From an uncultured Planctomycetota bacterium (GTDB taxonomy: Bacteria; Planctomycetota; Planctomycetia; Isosphaerales; Isosphaeraceae), in assembly GCA_963823665.1 (NCBI GenBank), contig CAWGMQ010000003.1:1536001-1600000 (forward strand): a DNA stretch of 64,000 nt. Reading direction: 5' to 3'. The first letter of the stretch is position 1; the number at the start of each line of letters is the position of its first letter. Of this stretch, positions 1 to 11,192 are shown one piece after another. The notes under the pieces were generated by a model. The model saw only the letters and a list, made by a program, of their open reading frames with translations. It did no database searches and was not told the origin of the DNA. Both the position numbers and the translations under genes were made by a program.

Positions 1-1074
<1,074 letters not shown>

Positions 1075-1136
1075 AAACGCCCGCGAGCCTCTCGAACCGC
1101 GTTCGCTCTTGGGCCGCACTTATGGGGAGATGACCG

Positions 1137-1687
1137 ATGAAACCTGCGATTTGCCTGGCCGGCGTGATCATTGCGACCATCCTAGCCCCCAAGAAACGCC
1201 CCGGAACGACGAGATCCTGGCGATCCAGCCAGCCCCCATCCGCAAAGCCTGTCAGGATACTTGCCCGGACTCGTTTTATCGCATCCTCCGCATCGTCGAG
1301 CACCAGAAGCAAAAGCCGTTCACTTATACAGTTACATTTATGAATATCGGCCCGGGGACGGCAATGCGGAAAGTTGGTGACGACTGGATCGCCGAGCTGC
1401 CGCAGTACCAGCTCGAGCTCGACGCAAACGGTCAAATCATCGAGGAGCAGACGCACGACATTTCGGAAGCGGCCGTGCCGAAAGCGGTCGTCGCCGGTTA
1501 CAACAAATGGAACTCAAATGAAGTGCAAGGTATGTGGATGCCCTGGGGCGTCGGACAGGCGAGGAACGAGAAACGAGTTTTCTTGAGGAGGATCGTCCTC
1601 AACCAAGTGAAAGAGTTTCACGCGGCCTTCCGCGAGGATGGGAGCCTCATCAAGGAGAATTCGTCTCCAACGCCGACCCAGAAATAG
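1137..1687 (+). CDS. Exported hypothetical protein, possibly PepSY-like/BLIP-like repeats (frameshift in the C-run near 1190)
   Basis: Signal-like MKPAICLAGVIIATILAP after a GGGGAG SD joins the frame of ORF 1109..1687 if the C5 run is really C6. It contains the repeats LELDANGQIIEE...VPKAV and FREDGSLIKE. Confidence 0.55.
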
Positions 1688-1717
1688 CCGGGGGCCTGAA
1701 CGAACTTGATCGATTCT

Positions 1718-1739
1718 GTAGGGTCCGTCATTGCGGACC
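1718..1739 (+). repeat. GTAG-tagged REP-like palindrome, family E (GTAGGGTCCGYCAYTGCGGACC)
   Basis: GTAG followed by a GGTCCG/CGGACC hairpin. A near-identical copy lies on the - strand at 37661-37682. Confidence 0.7.
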
Positions 1740-1773
1740 GTCCGGGGTGTTGGAGTATCGATCGCACAACACC

Positions 1774-1824
1774 CGTCAGGCTTTAGCCTGACCTACTCAA
1801 TCGTCAGGCTGAAGCCTGACCTAC
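1774..1824 (-). repeat. Tandem pair of GTAG-tagged REP-like palindromes, family A (GTAGGTCAGGCTNNAGCCTGACG)
   Basis: Two 23-nt units at 1774-1796 and 1802-1824 (28-nt period). The same arrangement occurs at 32153-32203, with a single copy at 39822-39844. Confidence 0.9.
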
Positions 1825-3579
1825 GGAATGATCGACCGGGCAATTCGGAATCCGAAGTAATAGAGCGGCAGGTCCGTGGGAATAAACTGGATTCTTGCAG
1901 CACAGCGCAGGGATTGCGGGTCCGAGCTCCAGCAGCCGCCGCGCAGCACCCGCTCGACTCCGTGCGCCGGGCCCCCGCGGTCGGGATCACCATCGGATCG
2001 GCCGCGGTAGCCGTCACGCGAATACCAATCCCAGCACCACTCCCAGACATTGCCGAGTGAGTCGTGAAGGTGAAAGCCGTTTGGCTCCTTCAGGCCGACT
2101 TCGTGCGTCTGGTTACCCGAGTTCTCGGCAAACCATGCGAAGCGGCCAAGCGATCGGGCGTCATCGGTCGCGCCGTAGCGGCCGGTGCCGCCGCCACGAG
2201 CGGCGTATTCCCATTCCGACTCGGTCAAAAGCCGGTAGCCGGTGCCGCCTTCGATTCGCACACGCTCGCCCTGGATCTTGTAGAAAGGATCCTGGCCGTC
2301 GCGCGCGCTCAAGAGATTGCAGAAGATCACCGCATCAACCCATGAAACGGAATCGACCGGGCGGCGATCGACGCTCGCGAAGATGCTCTCGGGAAGACTG
2401 CCGAGCACGGCCCGGTATTCGGCCTGGGTGACAGGAAATGCGCCGACCCAGAGATCCGATGGAATCACCACTCTGTGTGGCGGCCGCTCATCTTCGGCTT
2501 CGATTGAACCCATCACAAATTCACCGGCCGGAACTGCGCACCATGGCGATGCCGAGCCGGCCGTGCCCGGCGAGCTCAGGGCGACCCGTGCGCACGGCCG
2601 GGACGATCTCGGGTGCCGGCGATCGTGGGCTCGAGGCACCCTGATATTCCTCGAGAGCCGCGACGAACTCGTGCATCGAATGAAATCGGTCGCCGATCAG
2701 CCGCTCCATCGCCTTCAAACAGATTCGCTCAAGCTCGCGAGGAACCTCGTCGCGCAGTCGAGACGGGCGTTTTGGCTTTCCTTTCAGAATCGCGTCTTCC
2801 ACCTCGTAGCGGTTACCGCGAAAAGGGAGCATTCCTGTCAGCAGCTCGTAAAGGATAACGCCCAGGGAATAGATGTCACACGGCGGGCCCTGCCAGCCGG
2901 AGAAGCCGCGCACCTGCTCGGGCGACATGTAAGCCGGGGACCCGAGCCGATCGCCATCGCGGGTCAGTCGAGTGGCATCAGGGTCGTCGATGAACAGCGC
3001 CAGCCCGAAGTCGGTGATGCAGAGCTGCTCGTCCGCGTCGAACATCAGGTTGGCCGGCTTCAGATCACGGTGGACCACGCCCATACCGTGCGCGTAGTCC
3101 ATCGCGCGGGCAACGGTCAAGACCCACCGCGCGACCGCGTCGAAATCAAGCGGGTCGGCACCGGAAATGCGCGCGGCAAGCGTTCCCCCATTCAAGAAGC
3201 GCATCGTGTAGTAGAGGTGGTCTTCCCAGGTCGCGCTGTCATAGATGCTGCAAATATTCCGGTGATTGAGCCGCTCGACCGCCCGGATCTCGGTCTTGAA
3301 CCGCTCGATGATCTTGTGCCGGCGCCGCTCGCGGAAGTCGATGTAGGGAACCTTCAGCGCCAGGTCGCGCTCGAGCGCGGTGTCGTGCGCAGCAAACACA
3401 ATTCCCATGCCGCCGCCCCCGAGGTAGCACTTGAGCAGGTAGCGGCCGTGTGCGCCGAAAGGCGCGTCGACCGGCACGAATAGGGCGCCGCAGGCGTGAC
3501 AGTTCCCGTCCGTGCCGATCAAGTCGAAGGTCATATCGACCTGCTCGCGGCAGTGGGGACATCGGACCGGGAATTTCAT
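1821..3579 (-). CDS. Zn-ribbon + Ser/Thr protein kinase + formylglycine-generating-enzyme (FGE-sulfatase) domain fusion (frameshift near 2550)
   Basis: N-terminal CPHC..CHAC. Kinase motifs GGGGMG, ALK, HRDLKPAN, DFG, GSPAYMSPEQ. FGE motifs VPAGEFVMGS, RLLTESEWEYAARGG, GNVWEWC, RVLRGG, GFRIAR. Confidence 0.9.
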
Positions 3580-3913
3580 GGATGCGGAGCCCTGGCCTTG
3601 TCGTCGAGCGCAGCGAGCGTGCCGAGTCGCGATGCCTGATTCTCTGGAAATTGAGCGCGGCTGGCAACGGGCTGATTCTCCGTACGGGAATTGCCATCTC
3701 GCCAGTCGCCGCCGCGCCGGCAAGCCGCGCGCGGGTCCGGGGCGGCGCGCGCTTGATGATCGATGTCGTTTTTTTCCAACACCCCGGGGTGGAAGCCTCT
3801 ACCGCTCGTCGAGGCGCCGATGGATCATGGCATGGACCGATGTCGGGCTCGCTGAAGATAGGGGATCGACGCCGAGCGGGAGACGACGACCGGGCCGAGA
3901 GGCGCAGAGCCTT

Positions 3914-5041
3914 ATGGATTATCGTTCCATCGTGCTGAAGGGCCGGAAAGAACGTCGCGATCCGGAGCGGGCGGGTGCGTCCGGGCTGTACAAGGAGCCC
4001 CGCGTCGAAATCACGACTCGATCCCGCCCCGTTCCGGCGCCAGACGGCGTCGTCCTGGAAGTGATTACCGGGAGCATCTGCGGCACGGATATTCACGTGC
4101 TGCAGACCGACGAGGACGGCTACAGTTGCTCGTCGGTTCCCGCACGGAACTGGGAGCGTGGGATTCAGTTCGGACATGAGATGGCAGGTCGCGTTGCTGG
4201 AATCGGGCCGGGCGTCGCTGACTGGAAAATCGGCGACCTGGCAGCAATCGACTCGCTCGTTCCATGCCGTCGTACCGAGTGCCGGGCTTGCGTCGCGCGG
4301 CAGTGGAATTACTGTTCGGACGCGTACCTGATCGGTCTTCAAGCCGACGGCACATTTGGCGAGTTTGCCATGGCCCCGAGCGCGAGCGTGCACCCGATCA
4401 AGCCGCTGCTAGGCCGCTATCCGTTCGATCTTGCCGTGCAGATGGCCGCCCTTGCCGAACCACTCGGCGTGGCATTACATGCGATCGAGCAGGCACGCCG
4501 GTGGCTGAGTGAGAAAAGCCCGAGTGCTCTGGTGCTGGGCGCTGGCCCGATCGGGGCGTTCCTGGCATGGCAAGCCCGGAGCAATGGGTTTGATCCGGTA
4601 GTCGTGCTCGAGCCCAATCCCAAGCGTTGCGCACGCGCCCGGAAGCTCGCTCATTTGGCGTTGCATCCGGATGACTATGACATCCAACTCACCCGGGATG
4701 TATTCGGCCTGGGACCATCGGTTGTCTTCGACGCGTGCGGCGCCGACCTCGGTCCGATCGTGGCCGGCGTGGCGCCCGGTGGGGCAATCGTGAGCGTGGC
4801 ACGCACCGGGCAAACGATGCGGTTGAGCAACGATACGCTCATCACCCGCGGCATCGCCGTGATCGGGTCGCGGGGCCACGTGGGCTGCGTGCCTTCTGCG
4901 CTCGAACGGCTCGCGAAACTCGAAGTCGATCCGGAAACCTTTCTGACCCGCAGTTTGAACGGCCTGGACGATCTGCTCCTGGCCCTGAAGGATCCAACAG
5001 CATTGACTGATGAGCTCAAGGTCGTCTGCCGGATCTCGTGA
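3914..5041 (+). CDS. Zn-dependent medium-chain dehydrogenase, N-terminus resembling scyllo-inosose 3-dehydrogenase (IolM-like)
   Basis: ICGTDIH, GHE, structural-Zn Cys cluster CRRTECRAC..C, AEPLGVALHA and GAGPIG Rossmann motif. The QTDEDGY insert after the catalytic Cys recalls IolM (from memory). Confidence 0.85.
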   Translation: MDYRSIVLKGRKERRDPERAGASGLYKEPRVEITTRSRPVPAPDGVVLEVITGSICGTDIHVLQTDEDGYSCSSVPARNWERGIQFGHEMAGRVAGIGPGVADWKIGDLAAIDSLVPCRRTECRACVARQWNYCSDAYLIGLQADGTFGEFAMAPSASVHPIKPLLGRYPFDLAVQMAALAEPLGVALHAIEQARRWLSEKSPSALVLGAGPIGAFLAWQARSNGFDPVVVLEPNPKRCARARKLAHLALHPDDYDIQLTRDVFGLGPSVVFDACGADLGPIVAGVAPGGAIVSVARTGQTMRLSNDTLITRGIAVIGSRGHVGCVPSALERLAKLEVDPETFLTRSLNGLDDLLLALKDPTALTDELKVVCRIS

Positions 5042-5091
5042 TACTGCGTGGACGCGGCGCGAGCGCAAATCTCGACGTTCGCCCGTTGCCG

Positions 5092-6099
5092 TCAGATCGC
5101 CGTGCCCTCGATCACGCAGACTTCGGCGGCGGTTGGGACGATGCGTGTGAGGCGGAAGCCGGCGGCCTCGTACAGCCGGTTATATTCCTGAGACGTCCGC
5201 TCCGCGCCGCCGGGCGCGACGAGCATCGTCAGGTCGAGCAGCTTCACGAAAGACGGGTCGTTACCCGGCGCGATCACACTCTCCACGAGCAACAACGCCG
5301 CATCGTCGTGCATGGCGGACCGGACGTTGCGGAGGATTGCAGTCGCCTTGTCGTCATCCCAGTCGTGGATGATGTGGCGCAGCATGTAGGCGTCGGCGCC
5401 TCCGGGGATGCTCTCGAAAAAGCTCCCTCCCACCAGGTCGCAACGGTCGATGAGCCCCGCCGCCTCGATCGCCGTCCTGGCCCGCTCGACCACATCCGGA
5501 AGGTCGAAGAGGATGCCGCGCATGTCGGGGTTCTGGCCCAGCACGCCGATCAGATTGGTGCCGTTTCCACCGCCCAGGTCAGCGAGCACGCGGATGGCCG
5601 AAAAGTCGAACGCATCGAGGATGGCCTGCGTTTCCCGGCCGTGGACACCGGTCATGGCGGCGTCGAACGTTTGCGACTGGTCGGGATGCTCGGAAAGGTA
5701 ATCGAAGAGCGGCTTGCCATACAGCCGCTCAAACGCCGGCCGGCCCGTCCGGACACTGTTCAGAAGATCACCCCATGCGCAGTATTGCTCCTCCCCCATC
5801 ATGATCGCGAGCGCCCATTGCGAGCCGGTCTTCTGGCTCAACAACCCGTCCGACAGCGGCGTCTGGGAGAACCGGCCATCGTTGTCCTCGACGAAGATGC
5901 CGAGGCTGGCCAGCGCACGCAGTAATCGATAGAGCGACGGGGCATGCGTTGCAGTGGCTTCGGCGAGCTGGCCGGCGGTTTTGGGCCCGCTCGAGAGATG
6001 ATCGGGGATTTTGAGCTTCGCCGCGACGTAGACCGACTGGGAAACCCAGTACGCGGTGATCATCCGGGAAAGTTGCTCTGGAACAGAGGATCCTGACAC
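5092..6099 (-). CDS. SAM-dependent O-methyltransferase (dimerisation domain + Methyltransf_2)
   Basis: VAAKLKIPDHL dimerisation helix, DLGGGNG, FDLP, GSFFESIPGGADAYMLRHIIHDWDD, GGAERT. GTG start follows an AAGGAG SD. Confidence 0.93.
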   Translation of the reverse strand: MSGSSVPEQLSRMITAYWVSQSVYVAAKLKIPDHLSSGPKTAGQLAEATATHAPSLYRLLRALASLGIFVEDNDGRFSQTPLSDGLLSQKTGSQWALAIMMGEEQYCAWGDLLNSVRTGRPAFERLYGKPLFDYLSEHPDQSQTFDAAMTGVHGRETQAILDAFDFSAIRVLADLGGGNGTNLIGVLGQNPDMRGILFDLPDVVERARTAIEAAGLIDRCDLVGGSFFESIPGGADAYMLRHIIHDWDDDKATAILRNVRSAMHDDAALLLVESVIAPGNDPSFVKLLDLTMLVAPGGAERTSQEYNRLYEAAGFRLTRIVPTAAEVCVIEGTAI

Positions 6100-6150
6100 G
6101 GCTGGTTCGTCTCCTTGATTTCGAATCGCTCTCGCCGGCGACAAGAACGT

Positions 6151-9013
6151 TCAGCCCGGCTGGACACTCCGCCGGCCTACCAAACGACCAGTTCTATCCA
6201 GGGCCGGAGATTCTTTTCTCGAGATCTCAGGACGGGCCATGAGCGCCTTGTTGAGCTCGATGGCAACCTTCTCCACAAACGGACGATTGAGGATATTGTG
6301 ATGGTACCCGGGAACGATGCGAAGATCGACGCCTCCCCGCGCAAGCCCGCCCCATCCCAGATCGGGTTCGGGCGGGCAGAGGAGCGAACGAGTCCGCGCC
6401 CGAATCAGGGTCACACGCCCGGGGTAGCAGCTTGTCTCGTACAACTGATAGGCCCGAAAGGCGCTCGCCATCTGTTCCCTGACCTGCGCGGGCATTGCGG
6501 CGACATGCACAACCTCTTCCAGCTTGGCGACCACCGTCTGGCTCCTGTGCTGCCCTGACCAGCGCCGCACCAGGCGGCGGAGGTGCTTTCCTGAACTCCA
6601 CAGCAGCCGCCTGGGGAAACCATCGAGAGCGTCGTCGCGGACCCAGAATGGCAGGTTTTGCAGCCTGCCAAGAAGAGTCTGGACTCGTCTGCCGAGACCT
6701 CGGTCCACAGTCCGTAGTCTCGGGCGCATGTCGATGATCGCCAGCAAATCCACCTGGTGGCCCTGTTTCACCAGCTCGCAAGCCACCTCGTAGGCCAGCG
6801 AGCCCCCGTATGAGTGGCCTGCCAGTGAGTACGGACCTCGTGGCTGGAACTCGCGCAGGGCCTGGACGTACAGGGCGACGGTGGCTTCGAAACTCAGCGA
6901 GGGATGGCCGCAATCGGCTGTGTGCCGGGGCTGAAGTCCGTAAACGGAAGTTTCCGATCCCAGCTCCTGCACGAGCTGACGATTGGAAAGATGGTCGCCA
7001 GCCAGGTTGGGGAGGAGAAACAGAGGAAGCCGGCCCAGAGCGCCCGGCGCAATTCGACGACGAGCACAGCGGGCTCGGCCTCGCCGGGCTGGGCCAGGAG
7101 GACCGCCTGGGCCGCGACGGTGCCATGCCGGACGAGTGAAGCCATTGGCAGCCGTCTCTGAAACCGCTTTTCGATCCGGGCAAAAAGCTCGACCGCCAGC
7201 AAGGAATGCCCGCCCAGGTCAAAGAAGTCGTCGTGGATGCCAACGCGACTGACCTTGAGAAGTTCGGACCAGGCGTGGACAAGTTGTTCTTCGATCTCAT
7301 TCCGGGGAGCCGCCTCCTCGCCGCCAGGTCTCTCGTGAGTGTCGTCGGGGGCAGGCAAAGCCCGGCGATCGACCTTACCGCTGGGCGAGAGCGGCAGAGC
7401 GGGCAGCATGATGAACCGGGACGGCACCATGTACTGCGGTAACCCCTCCCGGAGATATCGGCGAAGCTCCGCCGGCGCCATGCCCTCTCGCGGCACGATG
7501 TACGCCACCAGTTGCCGGGAAGCGGGCTCTTTATCCCGCAACACCACCGCGCAAGCATTGACTTGCGCGTGTGTGCACAAGAGCGCCTCGATCTCGCCGA
7601 GCTCGATCCGGTTTCCACGCAGCTTCACCTGCTCATCGATTCGCCCCAGGAACTCGAGCTGGCCGTCCGGCCGCCAGCGGGCCAGATCCCCCGTTCGATG
7701 CATGCGGCCGCCGGCGACGAAGGGATTGGCCACGAACCGTTTCGCGGTCCCGGCAGGATCACCGAGGAAGCCGCGAGTGACGCCCTCGCCTCCGATGTAG
7801 AGCTCGCCTGCCACACCGATCGCAACAGGCTCGAGCCGATCTTCGAGCACATAAATCTGGGTATTGGCGATGGGGCGACCGATCACGCGGAGCTCGCGAG
7901 CATCGTCCGCAGGCGCGTGATCCCTGCACGGTTCGTTGCGCGCGGCCAATCGGTCGAAGAGCGTAGCCGTTGTCGAATAGCCGCTGCATTCCGTCAGGCC
8001 ATAGAGGACATCCAGACGGACCGCGGTGGGGTGGTCGCGAACCATTTCGAGCAGACGCGCCGGAACCGGCTCGCCCCCGACTGCCACGACGCGAGCCGAC
8101 GCGGGAAGGCGGCGCCGCGCAGCCAGATCCGTGATGAGCGTCGCGGCCCCCGTGAAGGCCGTCAGCCGATCGTACCACGGCGACACCAGTAATTCCTCGA
8201 TGCTGCGCCAATGACGAGCGTTCCGCCGGTGAAGAGCGGAGAGAAAATCTGCGTGATGCTGGCGTCGAACGTGAGCGGCGCGGTGAGCGCGGCGACTCGA
8301 AAGTGCGCCGGGTCGAACTGACGCGTCAGCCGGTGGGTCATCAGGTTGACCAGGCCGCGATGCTCGACGCAGATACCCTTCGGCTGGCCCGTCGAACCGG
8401 ACGTATACAAGATGCACGCGAGGTTCTCCGGGCGCGCGTCACCCGGTGCCCCCGGGCCAGCCGACGGCGGAGTGTCGAGCCCGGCTCGGTCAGCGAAGAC
8501 GACCTGGTAAGGGCCGGTCTGCGGCACCTCGAGGTTCTGGTGGCCGGCAACCACGATTCGCAGCCCGGAATCCTGCACGACCGCCGCGTACCGCTTTTCC
8601 GGGCTGCCGGCCGGCAGCGGCACATAGGCACCCCCGGCCTTGAGGATGGCAAGCAGCCCCACGAGCGAGCCGATCGTTCGGTCGCAGTGAAGGCCCACCG
8701 GGACCTCGGCACCGGCGCCCAGGCTTCTCAGGTAGCCTGCCAGATGATCAGACCGCCGGTTCAATTCCCGGTAACTGAGCGTCTCCTCGCCGGCCACGAC
8801 CGCGATGGCCTCGGGAGTGCGGTTCACCTGGTCTTCGAAGAGGTGGTGAAGGCACTTGTCCCGAGGATAGCTTGCCGCGGTCTCGTTCCACTCCACGAGG
8901 ATCTTGTGGCGTTCCTCGTCTCCGGCGGGGTCGGTGGTCGCCACAGGATTCTCCTGCGAAGAAACCGGGGCGGAGGGTCCGCCGCCGCCGGAGCGTCGCC
9001 TGAATTCAGACAC
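6151..9013 (-). CDS. Stand-alone NRPS-like protein, adenylation-carrier-thioesterase (A-T-TE), split by frameshifts near 8215 and 6980-7050
   Basis: A-domain cores LSYRELN, LKAGGAYVPL, YTSGSTGQPKG, FDAS, YGLTE, GELYIGGEG, RTGDL, QVKLRGNRIELGEIE, SGKVDR. PCP motif FFDLGGHSLL and TE motif GHSYGG. Spread over ORFs 8162..9013, 6894..8417 and 6151..6972. No condensation domain. Confidence 0.92.
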
Positions 9014-9849
9014 GGAAGCGGAATGAGACGGAGGGGCAGCGCTCGCCCAGCTCGTAGGCCGGCCGGGACATCCGGGTCAGCTCAGCGAATTCACCGATGA
9101 CGCCGACGGCCGCTTCGAGAGCCGGGAATGAGTAGCACGCGGGTGAATCGCGGTAAGCGTCGATCATGCGAATGACTTCCAGAGGCCATCCCCGCTCGAC
9201 CAGCTTCTGCACGTCGATGCCCGCGCCGCTCCAGTAACGCCAGACTTCGTCCACCCGCACGCCGCTCGAGTCGTCCGGGCCATGGAGGTGCCATGGCCAG
9301 TCTCAGCTTGAAGGCGTGGAAGCTGCCGATCTTTTTCTCGAGGAGATCGTCGATGACCGCCGCCGGCGACTCGCGGCGATCGGGGGGCACATACATGCGG
9401 AGACACCAGATCGCGCCCTCTCGGGCGACCGACGCCATGGCGGCAGCGAGCCGCCGGTATCCCTCTGGGAACGGCAACGTCGATAACACGCCGTCGCCGA
9501 TGATCAAATCGAACGACCGAGGCTCGAGCCGTGCGGCCATCCAGTCGTCGCACACAAGCCGCTCGACCGAGGCGGTCGAACCTGGCCAGACGAACTGAAT
9601 CATCTCCGGGTTTTGATCCACGGCAGTGAGCGAGGTGCCCTCCGGCCAGGGCAGAGCCGCGAGCTCGGGTGTCACGCCCAGGAGCAGGGCGGTGAGCGGT
9701 CCGCCACGCGAAAGGGCGCTCTGGTCGCGCAGCGACCGCGCTACGAACTCAACGTCCTCGGGCGACGGCCGCAACGGGGGGCCGAAATAGTCCCACTGAC
9801 GGGCGAGCGAATGCCAGTGCACCTTTGCTTCATCGCGACAGGATGTCAT
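9006..9849 (-). CDS. Class I SAM-dependent methyltransferase-like protein (frameshift near 9280)
   Basis: ALLLGVTPEL, LTAVDQ, SFDLIIGDG motifs. The C-terminus is in ORF 9006..9260, whose stop overlaps the NRPS start. Confidence 0.75.
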
Positions 9850-9947
9850 GCGGTGATCCCCGCAACACCTCAAGTTTACGTCAGATCTGCGAGAGCGTCT
9901 ACTCACCGTGGATGCACCAATTCGTATCTTCTCCTGGCAGGAGCGGG

Positions 9948-11192
9948 TCAAGACCTGATCGACCTCGAACCGGCGACTCGCTCGAGGAAACTTGCCAGGG
10001 GTGGAATGCAAACTTCGAGAGAGTACTTCTCTTCGATCGTCCGGCGGGCGGCGGCGCCGAGCGGTTTGAAAGCCGCCGGATCCTCGAGCACGCGGAGCGC
10101 CGTCTCCGTGAGGCGATCGACATCAAAGAACGGCTCGATCAGGCCGTTCTGTCCCGGCTCGACCACTTCACGCACGGGCGGAACATCGGCGGCGAGCACG
10201 ACGCAGCCGGTGGCCATGGCATCGATCAGCGACCACGAAAGAACGAACGGGGCCGTCAGGTAGATGTGCAGATCGCTCAACCGGAAAATCGCAGCGAGGT
10301 GCTCGGGCAAGATCCTACCGGTGAAGATGAAGCGGTCGAGATCGTCGCCCCGGCCCTTCATCACCCAATCCTTGAAACTGGGATTGCCGGTGTGGAGCTT
10401 GTCCCAGCCATAGTGAATCTCTTCACCGCCGGCCACCACGAAGATCACATCCGAGCGGGCCTTGCAGATGCGCCGGGCGACGTTCATGAAGATGTCGAAG
10501 CCGCGGATCGACTCGAGCCCACGCGAGGCGAATGTCACCACCTTCGTGCCACTTGGGATCGACCGAGTGCCGATTTGCCGGGGGGCGGCCCCCGGGCTGT
10601 AAAGCGCGGTGTCAATTCCGTCGAAGTAGACTTCGATCTTGGAATGGAACCGTTCCGGAAACGACTGCTTCTGCCACTGGGTTGCCGAGTATCCGGCGTC
10701 GCAATCGACCAGCGTGGCCAGAGTCGGGGCGTTGATCGATCGGGGGAAAAAAGGTGCGGGCTCGGCCGGCGGCAGGTCGATCCGATACGAGATGTCGCGG
10801 TGGCTCCTGGCGAAATAGTATTCGCAGTAGATCACGATCGGGCAGTCGAGCACCTCGCGCAGAAACAAGCTGGGCGCGCCGCGGCCGCCGTGGGCGACCA
10901 CCAGATCCGGGCGCGGGTGCGGTAGCGCCTTGACCGCGTCGTGGATCGTCTGGCACTGGTCGAGATAATGGCCGTAGATCTGGGGCCAGGGTATGCCGTC
11001 GCTCGATCGATGCTCGGCCGCCTTGGGGACAAGCCGCACCTCGAGTGCCTTGAGCATCTCGGGAGTTGGTGTCGGGCAGCTCGAGAGACTTTGCACGAGG
11101 AAGCGGCACTGCCAGCCGCGCGTCTGGGTCAGCTCAAGCGCCAACCGCCCGAACTGGGCGGGGAACGCGTCGTGGATGAACAGAACGTTCAC
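9948..11192 (-). CDS. GT4 glycosyltransferase (Glyco_trans_4_3-type N-terminus)
   Basis: VLFIHDAFPAQF, DGIDT, RGLESIRGF, HIYLTAPFVLSWSLIDAMATGC. GTGA overlap with the upstream GT. Confidence 0.92.
   Translation of the reverse strand: MNVLFIHDAFPAQFGRLALELTQTRGWQCRFLVQSLSSCPTPTPEMLKALEVRLVPKAAEHRSSDGIPWPQIYGHYLDQCQTIHDAVKALPHPRPDLVVAHGGRGAPSLFLREVLDCPIVIYCEYYFARSHRDISYRIDLPPAEPAPFFPRSINAPTLATLVDCDAGYSATQWQKQSFPERFHSKIEVYFDGIDTALYSPGAAPRQIGTRSIPSGTKVVTFASRGLESIRGFDIFMNVARRICKARSDVIFVVAGGEEIHYGWDKLHTGNPSFKDWVMKGRGDDLDRFIFTGRILPEHLAAIFRLSDLHIYLTAPFVLSWSLIDAMATGCVVLAADVPPVREVVEPGQNGLIEPFFDVDRLTETALRVLEDPAAFKPLGAAARRTIEEKYSLEVCIPPLASFLERVAGSRSIRS

Noticed and set aside
1774..1824. Tandem palindromic repeats as a mini CRISPR array
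   Set aside because: Only two 23-nt units with a 5-nt spacer, dispersed copies elsewhere and no cas genes; this fits REPs.
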